Positions 11,399 through 22,770 of a stretch of DNA of 64,000 bases are shown piece after piece. A program made the position numbers and the translations under genes. The notes beneath the pieces were generated by a model. It was not told where the DNA came from, searched no databases, and worked only from the letters and a program-made list of their open reading frames with translations. This stretch comes from Anthoceros angustus (Eukaryota > Plantae > Anthocerotophyta): contig VJWM01000255.1 in the NCBI GenBank assembly GCA_010909165.1, positions 131,465-195,464 on the forward strand, written 5' to 3'. How positions within the stretch are numbered: position 1 is the stretch's first letter; the number at the start of each line of letters is the position of its first letter.

Positions 11399-13982
11399 TC
11401 AAGAGTCCGGTGCACCAAAGAGCAGATTTGATACAGGAGGGGGTAACGGGAGCCAAGATGGATGCCGCGATCCCTTCTTGGAGGGCCTTTGCAGTTCCTG
11501 CAAGTCGACCTTCTGCTGCACCTTGAACTCATTGTGCGTGCCAATTGCCCCCTTGTCTTTGTTATCCTCCACACGAGGAAGAACAAATTTGAAAACAACC
11601 AGCCCAACTCTAGCAGCAACCAGAAAACCCAGAACACCGACAATAGGACGCACAGCCCAGTGCATAGATTCTATGAATTCATACTTATTTGCCAAACCAC
11701 TGATGTCATTCAGGCGTACAACCTCCACCTCCTCGGGGTCAGCCCACCAACCCTTCCTGTCCCACATTCGCCCGGGAAACCGAACAATCAAACCGCCATT
11801 TGGCAGAACATTGCACACTCTGCCGGTATCCCACTCCCCTTGTTTAACTGGCCAGTCAAATCGAGGCGACCGTACGCTGTTCTTAAGCCTGACTGCTTGC
11901 CCAATAGTAAACCCTGGCACTTTCTTGAAGTGTATGGCACTTCCAGTCCACAATGTCTCACGGCCAAAGAAAGAAACCTTCAACCTGCCATCATGTTCCA
12001 CTTGGTGGACAACCCCCACCCGAGATGGGCTGTTCTGCCCGAGCGGAATCGTGCTGCTGTCCTGCTGATCCAAAGCAATATTGCCTACTTCAGGTGCCTC
12101 CGTTCCCTGCGCAGCAGAGTACCATCCACCACGCAAGCACACCCAGTCACCACTGGCCAATCCAAGAGAGACACGCTCCACTTCGGCCGGATCTGCTCGC
12201 CAGGCTTGACTGCCTGGAAAATTAACAAGAGTGGTAGCATCTTTGTCGCCTATCTCCACAATAAGACCTTCACTGGCAGGGGTCTCTCCTTGCCAACCAA
12301 ACCGTGGGATCGGTATGTCCGGCTTCACTCTTACAAGATCCCCTACATGGAGAGGATTCTTCCAGAATGAGAGCTTGCCGCTCACACCGCACTCAACAGG
12401 CTGATCCGGCTTGTCGCAGAACTGTATGAGAAGTTTCTCCGAGTTAACAACACTCTTCACGACACCAATATTTTTGCACCTTCGCAGAGAGTCCCGGCCC
12501 ACACAGACCCAATCTCCCGGTTTGAAAAGAGACTCCGGACTGCACAGAAGACTTGCAGATCAGCAGCATACAAGGCGCAAAGAAGTGAAAGGTGCAACTG
12601 GTTCCCAGCAGGAACGAAATTCAGGTGGAAGGAAAGATGGACAGAAACACTAGCTTGGGGAGGGGGGACAGTACCATGAAAAAGCGCGGTATATCTCTTC
12701 AAAGGTTGGGCGAAGTCGGTAGTCGTATTCGAAGCATCCCCTCAATATCTTCTCAACTGCAACTGGCAGTCCACTTGGGATTGAGGGTCTTTCATGCCTT
12801 ACAACAACTGCATTGAAGATCTCCTCAACCGAGAGTTTATCCCAAGGCCTATACCCTGTTATCATCTCGACCATACTACTTGCAAAACCCCACGAATCTG
12901 TCTCGAACGAGATGGGGCCTCTAACCACAGCACCCCACTGCTCGGGTGCCATGTAATTTGGTGTGCCCAGCCACACAGTTGGTTCCACGGCTGGTACCGA
13001 AGATCCTGGAAAAAGCAAAGGGGTTCCAAATTCCCCCACGACTGCAGATCCTTGATCATCGATCAGAAAGTTGCATGGCTTCAGGTTGAGTGCTAGCACT
13101 CCACGAGAATGAAGTTCAATCATCCCGCGGGCAATATCAGCCCCATACCTGCAGAGATGGTGCAAATAATGAGCGCAGTTCGTAACAACTTGCAACGCTC
13201 AGTATCTTAACAATCTTTTCTCTTGCATAAACAGGACTAGCACCCCTTCTTGAAGGGTGACTACGCATAACACTCGACACTGAATTTAGAGACACCCTGA
13301 TCTCCACGAATGTGGTTCACAAGGTCCATGCCGAATGTGACCTCCCTACCCTGTGAGATTTACCCGTCCATACTGAGTTTTACGTCGCTGCACTCGCATT
13401 TACCTCAAAACGTCAGGCACAGAAATTCGGTTTTCAGGATGCCGGGCCATCTTGTCTCCTAGTGACCCCTCATAAAACTTCAGCACAACGCAAGTCTGCG
13501 CATACGTTAGAAAACAGTTGGCATCGTGTTCCAACGCCCAGTGATTCCTCGCAACAGAAGCTTCGACAAGCAGACAAGGTTAGACGGAAGTTGGATTTAG
13601 AACCTACCTTACCATTCATTGTGGAAATACCTCGTGGCCAGCTCACGTCCTTTAGACCCTGGCAGGCCTTAAACAGAGCCTCAAACTTTCTCTGCAAAGT
13701 CCGTGTCTGATCTTGGGACATAGGAGGTAGCACCTTGACTGCCACCTCATGGAACTCGTCAAATTCAATAGTGGAGTTGTGAAGCGTGCAGAGCCACACA
13801 TCACCAAACCCTCCCCGACCGATGCGGTGCATCATTTTGAGGTCGTCTGGGTCGATCTCCCAAGCAGGCTGAGGGGGACCCGCAGCAGCTCCGCCGCCTA
13901 CGGCCCCAAAGTGCTCATAGTCTTCAACAATGAGCTCATCCTCCAAAGAGTTGCCAGAATTGTAGCTGGCATCGCCTCCCAT
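11399..13982 (-). CDS. KEG-like protein kinase with C-terminal HERC2-like/SH3 repeats (no RING or ankyrin; At4g32250-type); exons 13982-13608, 13495-13404, 13148-12675, 12539-11399
   Basis: Kinase motifs IGRGGFGDVW, EVAVK, NLKPCNFL, GTPNYMAPEQW..RGPISFETDSWGF. KEG-type repeats VGDLVRVK..PRFGWQG and GQAVRLK..SPRFDWP. GT-AG introns keep the frame. Confidence 0.88.
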
Positions 13983-16328
13983 GTGGAAGACTTCCTTCCG
14001 GTAACTGCGGCTACCCCACAAAGCCAGCTTGCCTGCCTGCAAACGCCAAACAAGCAAAAAACTAAGCACAAGGACACTCTAGCCCAGCTGATCGTGAAGT
14101 GGTGCCACTGCCACAATCCGACGTCACATCTCCATAACCACACCCGTCGACATCACACCGGGCCAGACATCACCTTCCAAGAACGCAGCAAACCCTGTCC
14201 CGACCGCGACACCAGGTCGTACAACCTACCGCACCCCCGCAATCGAGAGACGCTACACTGCAATCGCTCCACGCTGCTGGCGGACGAACGAAAAACTCTA
14301 CAGAAGCTTCAAATCTCTACCAGAACGATCGGCTCACCAGCCTGTCACCGCTTGCTGCCGGCTGGCATCAGCATGGGACCGAGGAGTTCACGTCCTCAGG
14401 CCACTTCACTTCCAATTCCGCTCCGAGGACCCGAGACCAATCGCACAAACTTCCCCGAGCGTCCGAATTAGCAACGACACAGACGCCACGAAACAGGCCA
14501 CGACGCCAGATCCGGCCGCAAGATCACCAGCAACGACAACAGCATCACCAATTTCGCAAAACCGTCCACGTTCAGTGAAGTAACTGCCCGCGACCAGTCC
14601 CGACCAAGACAACATATGCCTCCTTTCCCCGGGTTAAGTCCCTCCCTTTGCCGCAAGCCTCGGTTTCTCAGGACACAGCAAAGCACAAAGTGGACATCCC
14701 GGACTCCAAACCAGCAAAACAACGATGAATTACCTTCCTACTCCATCACATCAATACCACAACACTTCGAACAAATCCACACACACACACACTCACCATC
14801 ACAACCACAACAAAACCACAACCACGGCTTGCTTGACGGCGATCCCCACCGTTAAGTTCAGACTAATGAGATGCCGCTTCGGTGAAAACAACCGCGACTT
14901 GTACGGCATACCGTTGCGCTCCCCGCTCTGCAATCACACAAGAGGTGTTAAACAAAAGACAAGTCTCCCCCCAGCGATCGATACAGCAGCAGGTGTAAAT
15001 TAAACCAGCTCTTCAAGAAGCTCCAGCAAACACGCAATTGCTCCCGCGCCAAAAAAAAACGGCAGACATCAAAGAAGCACGCTCGCCGGGGCTCGCGCAA
15101 CACACAATTCACGACTGCAGTTCACCGAGGACAAGGCATGGGGCGCACCTCAAATCACAAGGCCACGGCGAGAGGAAGACGCGGGGGAGTAATGGCATGG
15201 CACGGACGGGGTTAAGAAGGGCGCGGGCAGCGCGGGCCCGGGCATGAGAGAGAAATTCTCGCGCCTGCCCAGCCCGCAGCTGAGTACACTCCCCAACATG
15301 GCGGCTATGTACTATGTACTGGAGCCCGGATACTAATCTTCTGGCTTGGCCTTTGTTTACCCCGCCGCCACTTTATCGACGTGGTTATTGTGCACAGCCA
15401 GCGGGCAGCACGCAGCACGGTCCAGCGGGCATCTGGCAGCAGCTGAATCTCCACGTGGCCGCGAAACCGAGTTAACTAACCGGAGGAGGTGAGTTTAATG
15501 AACCGAAGTTGGCCGGACTGCAGTTGGGTCGTGAGCCCGTGCGTCACAGCGGGCCCGGCCAGTTTGCCGTGACGCATCTTCGATTGCTTTTCTCAAACAT
15601 TCTGCCACCAGGCCCCCTCGTTGTTGGACGTTCCCCCTCGGTATGCGGAGGTGTTGATACCATACGTCTAGCCCCTCTTATATATAATACACGCGCAGTT
15701 TTCACGCTTGAAATCCATTCTCTTTACATGGCAGGCATAAGATAACGAGCCCAAAGACTATATACAATACTACGCGGAAAACGAGAACCAGAGCTGCAGC
15801 ATTTCCTGGGCGCAAGGCTTAGCCTTCTGAAAACCTATTCACAGTTGTAGTTTGCTGTAACAGAGCTACCGCACGACTTCCCTTCCTTCCCTCTTGAACT
15901 CAACTTTCACGTGGCCCCCGTCAAAACGTAAAGCAAAGACGTCTGGAACAAGAGGCTTTCGGTGGAGTCGGGTGCGCTCTCCCCTCCCTCCTCTTGTGAA
16001 GCTGAAGCTTCGCCGTGACGATTATTGCTGGATGGCCACTCTCCTCCCTCCTCATGTGAAGCTGAAGCTGAAGCTTCGCCGTCACGCTCATAGCCGGAAT
16101 CCCAGTTTTCTGCATCCAGACTTTAGACATTCAGTTGCAAGCTTGCAGGATCTGGCGCGGGAAATTCCCCCCCAGCCATATCAAACTCTAAGGTTCGGAC
16201 TAGGCATTGTCCTGAACATCCTCAAGTCCTAAACATGAATATGGAACCATGAATACTGAAAAACATGGAATACCTACCCAAAGATGGCCTGGAGCCTCAA
16301 GCTCCTAAAATGAAACAAGTGCATACAA

Positions 16329-16817
16329 TCAAACAGTACAGACGTCTGCAACCGACCAAGAGGCCTTGAGACACAGACCTGGATGATCAGGATCTGCATG
16401 CTCGTCGCGCTCCTCGTCGCGCTCATGCTCCTCCGAGCTTTGCTTTTCTGACGTTTCCAGCTTCTCCTGCCGCGATTGACGCTCCTGAAGCCAGATCAGG
16501 ACATTAGCCTTGTGAACATGCGGCCCCTTGGAGCACAAGGCGGCCGTGATCTCCTTCACTCTCTGGGGAGTGAGCGTGAAACCGTCTTGAAGCCAGAACA
16601 CCCGCTCCAAGATCTCCTTCTGAGCGGCCGTGGGAGTCCAATTGACATCCGGTTGATGCATGGCGCGGAACATGTTCGCGAGCCTGCGAGAAATGACGTT
16701 GTAGACGAAGATCTGGTGCCGAAGCATCTCCACCTGCTCCCGCGTCATCGGGCAGGGCGGAGTCGGAGTCGCGCCCTGGACCGGTCCCGGTCCCGCCGCC
16801 TCTGAGCGGCCTGGCAC
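16329..16817 (-). CDS. Divergent WOX13-clade homeobox protein (core exon; start and 3' exons uncertain, may extend to a stop at 15907)
   Basis: MTREQVEMLRHQIFVYNVISRRLANM matches the WOX13-clade motif (MTxEQxExLRxQIxxYxxIxxQLxxM). WTPTAAQKEILERVF..QRVKEITAAL..G..NVLIWLQERQSR aligns to the WOX homeodomain. A candidate last exon at 16110-15907 is open in a compatible phase. Confidence 0.7.
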   Translation of the reverse strand: MPGRSEAAGPGPVQGATPTPPCPMTREQVEMLRHQIFVYNVISRRLANMFRAMHQPDVNWTPTAAQKEILERVFWLQDGFTLTPQRVKEITAALCSKGPHVHKANVLIWLQERQSRQEKLETSEKQSSEEHERDEERDEHADPDHPGLCLKASWSVADVCTV

Positions 16818-17947
16818 CCGGCTTGGCAGGCCGCTACCGGTAATATCCAGATCCGGAGAGAAGACAACGGCGAGGCTTAACCGACAAGGTTCTTAACACA
16901 AAGATCAACAAACAGAGGCAGCAACATGATCAGTCCATCTGGAAGCAGCCATCACATGTGCAACACCTCCATCATATCAGAACTATCCTTTCCAGCGGCA
17001 GAGTATGCCGGCGGCCGCTCACAGATCACTGACAACACATCTCCGACCGCACTGATCGCCCGGAGCGAGATCCCGCGCTGCACAGAGATCCATGCGCGAG
17101 GACACAACGACGGAACTGCTGCGCGGACATGTCAGATGCATGCAAGGAACAATGGTTTGTGTCGGTAACAATTTCACGAACACTATGTTACACTTTGAGG
17201 CTTCGCAATCAGGATGGGAAGCAACGCAGTTCAGATCACCGGGGCGCCAATTGCACAACACCGTACGACTCCGCTCACAACTTGCACACCAGTAAAGCTT
17301 GCTCACTGCAATTTCAAACACCGCGAGATTGGAAAATGAGGTGCACGCAACTTCAAGAGGCAGCTCGATCCCATGCAGACTTTTCAGCTCATGACACGAA
17401 TCCACGTACAACAGCATACACTGACCAGGTCGCGGGCAGGACGGTGGAGTTCCAGGAAATCATGAACCTCCTACAAGCTTCAGGAGTCATGAATGCTGTG
17501 CCTGCGGGCGGCGACAGGCTGGCCTCTAGTTGCCTTGAGGTGCTGGAAACGGCGCTTCGGTGAATCTGCTGTTCTGTCCGCACAACTCGCCGGAGAAACC
17601 AGTTCCGGCTCGACACGCCCTCTTGCCGCACCCTCTTGTAGACCCAAATTGCAAACATCGTGGCGTCCGCTCGCTGAACTCAGCTACTTGACGATACGTT
17701 ATCACGCATTTTCTGCGAGTGCATCTGAGGCTCCAATGAGCATTGCACCAGTAGGTCTGAATAGGAGTTGGACTGTTGGACTCTCCAATTCCATCGAGGA
17801 CACACCGTACGTACTCTGGGCAAATGGTACATGGCCTGATATTCTAGGGTATGCGCTTTTTCAACGTTTTCCAGACTGACATCATCTTCTCGAAATTCAG
17901 TATTGTCTGAGAGTCTCTGAGACGTGGCTGGCTAAGTCCTCGAGGTC

Positions 17948-20116
17948 ATGGATTTAGGAGAGCTCGTGGGCTATGCCGGGGCATTCCTGGACATGCTGCT
18001 GCTGGCGTCCGGGTTTCAGTCTAACGGAAACCCGGCCTTTTGGAGCGCAGAGCAAGTGAAGCGGGCTCTTGGCTGGGCTGTCTTTCTGGAGGATGTGAGT
18101 TGGCTGTGTGAGATTGCTTGGTTTTTCTGCTGCCCCGCTCCTGCTATTTGATGTTGCACTCAACGGGTGTGTTTTGCTTGGTTGTCACAAGTGTGATATC
18201 GTTGACGTGCTGTTGTGTTGTTGGTTGGGACCTGTTTTCAGGCGATGCACTCTCTTGAGGAGGACTGCAAGCCAGCTTTGGATGAAGCCCTCGCAGATAT
18301 GATGGACAGGACCCCCCATCCTCCGGTACCTTGTCCGTCATGATTTCTTTTTTCTTGGTGGGGACGGGGTTTGGCTTTGTCTGTTCCTGGCGAGTCATGG
18401 ACAGGTGGCCTGATTGCAGGGCCTCCCAAAGCTCTCTGTCGCTGTGCTGCTGGAGTCGAGGGTTCTGCTTTTGCGAGTGCTGCTGCACGCTATGGGGATT
18501 GAGAATGGACAAATTGCATCTGTGGTTGCAGCTGTGGTTGAACTTGAGGGAGCTCGGGCTCCGGATGTGGCTCCCCTCGGAAACCTGATTTCAGTTCCTG
18601 GAGAGTCCATGAGCAAAAAGGTAGCACCACAGGTGTCCGGAGAAATATGTATGTCGGAGAATCGGGCTGTGGAGGGAGGGGAGGGTAGCAATGCGCACAG
18701 TCTGAAGCAGGTAGCTGAGGAGAAAACAGTCAAGCTGGAAAGTAGGAAGCTTTGGAGTTGGGTACTGCATGAAACATCTGTCAGATGCTCGGCGGTGGCC
18801 CATGTGGACTCGCTTGTGAGAATAGTGGAAGCAGCTGGGGAGCTGGCCTTTCCAGATATAGAGATTCCTACACAAAGCTGCATATGGAGAGATGAGCCAG
18901 AGGGCGGCACAAGGTATTTCCCGCATAAGCAGGTTCACACGTTTTGGAATGGGATGTCGTTTGTATTTGTCACATTCTCGACTACATCGTCGCAGGCAAA
19001 TGGACACCTCTTCTGCAGGTCTTTGTCAGAGAAATGCTGCCAGGGATGCTGTAGGGTGGACTCAAAACGGGATATCATACCTCATGGGTGCCGAGACCAT
19101 CTACAAGCTTTCAAGTTCCCTAATCATATTCAAGGGGACCAAGTCCCAGTGGACACCAGTCTTGGATGCACTCAGAAACTCAGATGTCCGCAGCAGCGGT
19201 GGCAACTTGGTGGAGATAGCTGTAAGGAATTCTGGCTTCGTTTGTCTGGCACCTTTCCCCGTGTTGGAGCGACATTGAGTTTCGACCGCAATGGAGCAGG
19301 AACTTTGCTGTATGTACATGGCGTCTCCAAGATGGAAAGACGTGTGCATCAAGCTCCTTGCCCCATCCACGCGGCGCTGTTCATCACCTTCAACCACATG
19401 CAAGACCCAATTGACAGAGTTCCATCCTCAACCCATCCCCATTGAAAAGGTAGACATGCTTCCACGCAGGGTGCATAACCCTTAGAGTTCCCGTGCACTA
19501 TAATGTTCACTGATGCTTTTATCGATGGGTGTCCTTGTAGCAGCGACAGGACATTGAAACCTACCTGTTGAAGATTGTACAACAGCAAACTGATATCTGG
19601 TTGAGCCTTTCTCCTGTACTCCTAGCAGCAGCTGTGACAGTAAGGTGAGTCATCCACTATGCACTACGCGTCTCAAAAGACAAGTACCATCGGTGGCGCC
19701 ATAAACAGTCCTTACGTAATGCAGCCTTACCTTGCTCAACATGTATGCTGAGGCCTTGTCTGCGCATGTAGATGAGGCAAAAGATACATCACCCAGGTCT
19801 GTCACATTGACAATACTTGTGTCGTGATATCCATGACATCATCTGCAAACCCTCTCATGTCGTGCCACTGACAGGTGTACACTTCACGCCAGCGAGCACC
19901 CCCACAGCTGCACAGGTACTCCTCTCCGTCCGCACCCTTTCATACAGCATGCTCCCCCCGGATCGTTCCGTTACTTGTGTCCTCATCTCAGTCCTTGGCT
20001 TTCAATGAGCAGCTGCAGTGGCAGAAAGGATTTGGTGTCTTCAGATTTGCCGTGAAGCGAATGGAGCTGTCTATGACCAGAAGTTGCAAACACTGTGGAA
20101 TGCTTTGGGTTTGTAA
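17948..20116 (+). CDS. FANCF: Plant FANCF-like protein (Fanconi anaemia group F family), ~10 exons
   Basis: N-terminus AFLDMLLLASGFQSNGNPAFWSAEQVKRALGWAVFLE, internal GLPKLS and IWLSLSPVLLAAA, and C-terminal VAERIWCL resemble the plant protein annotated FANCF (At5g44010-type, recalled from memory). A chain of GT-AG exons keeps an open frame to TAA at 20114-20116. Confidence 0.72.
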
Positions 20117-20339
20117 TGCTGTTTGTATGGAGGTGCCCTGAGAAATCGTCAGCGGAGGCTGAAGCAGACTGCGGATCTGTTATAGCAAACTCATTTATTT
20201 GTCACTGGGAAAGTTGGTCCAGGCCAACAAGGTTCTCCAGCAGTCGGAAGACACCGCTCCCACTCCCAGAAGTATGGCTGACCCAAGCAGGGGTCCAGTT
20301 AAACGCCAAGCCCCGGCCCTGACAGGGAAGGATAATCTC

Positions 20340-20700
20340 TTTTTTTTTTTTTGGTGAAGACTGCGCTTTAAAAGAGGAAGTTACAGCATGAGCTCAACAC
20401 GAGAGAGCACAGCTTGAGGGGCCGAAAGATCTAACCAGGTGTGTGCGGATCAAGAAAAGCAAAGTGCGAACCCAAGGGGGAGCACCCCTCCCCCAAGGGC
20501 TCGAAGAGGCACCTCCGACTTTCCGAACTTCTCCCCTTCGGAAGCAACCGAAAGCCCAAAGAGGCCTCGAAGACGCACTTCCGACTTCCGAGCTTAGCCA
20601 GGTCTCTCCCCTTTTTCAGAGAAATTGAAAACCTTTCTGCTGCTCAGGACAACCTAGACCCCTGGTAGGGAAACTGGTGAAAAAGTTCCTAAAGGTCTGC
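20340..20700 (-). mobile_element. Possible 3' end of a 5'-truncated poly(A) retroelement (LINE/SINE)
   Basis: T13 run at 20340-20352 (poly-A on the minus strand) abutting sequence with an internal ~60-bp duplication. No TSD or RT motif confirmed. Confidence 0.3.
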
Positions 20701-21339
20701 AAGGTCTACAATTCACACACGCTTCCTAGCATCTGCTCGGGTATGGCAGGACGATGAGGAAAAGGGTATTCCCTAATCTCAGATAGTTCGTCCCATGGGT
20801 TCGCTATTCGTTGCTATGTTTATACACTAGACTAGCCTATTAGTGGTCGAATCATCCAGAGAGGTTTACTGCACAAGGCCGTCGATAGGAGACCAGCTCC
20901 TGTACACAGCTGGAGCCCAATGAGTATTAGATGCAAATTTCATCCGCTACTCATCAAAATCATATTACTTGCTCCCCTCGAGAAGGAGGAGCAAACCCCA
21001 TTAGAAAATTCAAAATCATATTACTTGCTCCCCTTAAGAAGGAGGAGGAACCCGCATTAGAAAATATTCTACATTATAGCCCGCGACTAATTCGGCTCCT
21101 ACTTCTGTGGATCGGAAGGAGTAGTTTCTGGACGGGAAATGAAAAACATAATCATACAGGAAGCCAACAAATGTTTTTTTTAATATCTGGCCGCTGTGCA
21201 CCATCAACAATTCTTTGCTTCTTCGGCCCCGCGTGTGTCTGCCGTGCATCTTCTAGATCACCACACCAGGCAGCGGCCGAACACTATTCTCTGTATGTGT
21301 TCATGCTGACGAAAGCCTGATGGACATGCGTTTTTCAGC

Positions 21340-22190
21340 TTAGCACAGTGAGCATGATACCCACATATCAGAGCATTCTATGTCACTGCATCCTTTGCGT
21401 CACTACACAACACAACTGGCATGCTGACCGACAAGAGCGATGTCTGCAGTTTCGGAGTGGTGTTGTTGGAGATCTTGTGTGGACAGCCGGCTATTTCACA
21501 AGGAGGGACTTACAGGTTGATTGTGGAAAGGGTGAGAGTCCTCATCTTCTCGTGCCTTCCCTTCGAAGATCTACAGCAGAAGCTCATGCTCCTATGTGCC
21601 TTGTGGGAACTGCAGGTGAGGGCCGCTATTAACACTGGAAGCTTGTCAGCGGTGGTGGATTCCACTCTGCAAGGATCCTACAAGGTGGAGTCGGTGTGAA
21701 GGCTTGCGGAAATCGCCACGAGCTGTGCGCTCACGTTGCAGAGCGACGCCAGCATTATCTCCACCGGCACGCAAGATCATACCCTCAGTTCCCCAGATGC
21801 GCACGTGGGCGTCCAGCATCTGAAGGAATTCGCCAAGGTCCTGTGCGGCGACCTCTATTGGGACATTCTCTTCTAGCAACGAGAGAAACGACAAATGTGT
21901 GTAAACGACCCGACCCGCCTGTCCCAGGGAATCGAATTCGGACAGGAAACACCACCAGTCCAAAGAAGGAATGTGATGGAGGGAAAAAGGCCACCTCAAC
22001 TCCTTTTTTATTCCATTCCTTCTTACCCTAATTTCTCACACTAACGAGTTCTGGAGTTTGTACGCAATGAGTCAATTGCTGTGAGCTCATGGTGCACCCA
22101 CAGGCTTGCAGGTAGCAAGCCACACAGCGCTCTCCACTGAACTGGAGACAAGATACTCCAGATGGCACTAGACGCTGCCAGAGGTAACTC
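21340..22190 (+). pseudogene. Receptor-like kinase (LRR-I-type) kinase-domain fragments
   Basis: LTDKSDVCSFGVVLLEILCGQPAI and VVDSTLQGSYKVESV*RLAEIA (TGA replaces Trp at 21697-21699), plus a displaced LQMALDAARG fragment at ~22150-22185. Confidence 0.75.
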
Positions 22191-22770
22191 CAGTGGACTG
22201 CCCAATTCTTCCTGCAATCTTGAGTCCCGAAAGATGAGGTGTAATCGTCTCAAGTAGAGTTGTGATCCCAAACTGGCAAAGAATGGCCACAAAGACGACA
22301 ACAAATGCACCTCAGAAAACCATCCACTCGGTACTGCAGTGTTCAATCGCTTGTACGTACGAGGGATGTATCCAGGCGGTGTTGTCCAGCAAAGAAGTCA
22401 AGTTCGACGCGCAGTTGCGAATCCCGGCAGAATTGCACACATGTAACGCAATTACACCGCCCACTGCGACAAGAGTGCCAACAGATCCTGCTACGAAGAG
22501 GCCCCAATAATGGGATTCCATCGCGCATGGAATATCAATGCGAAATCCGCAGAATAAATTGTCAACGTCCGACCAGCATACACTGGACATCGAAGCCAAA
22601 CTACCTGTTTCCGTCTATCAAAACCAGGGCCATGTATCCAGATATGGCCAAGTTAAATCTGACGTCAATAAGCTACCAGCAAGAATTAATAGTCGAGCTG
22701 TGATACTCAGGCCGCCTAGTTACACAGCCACATAACGCGCACACTATCAAAACGAAATTGAAGTCAAAAT

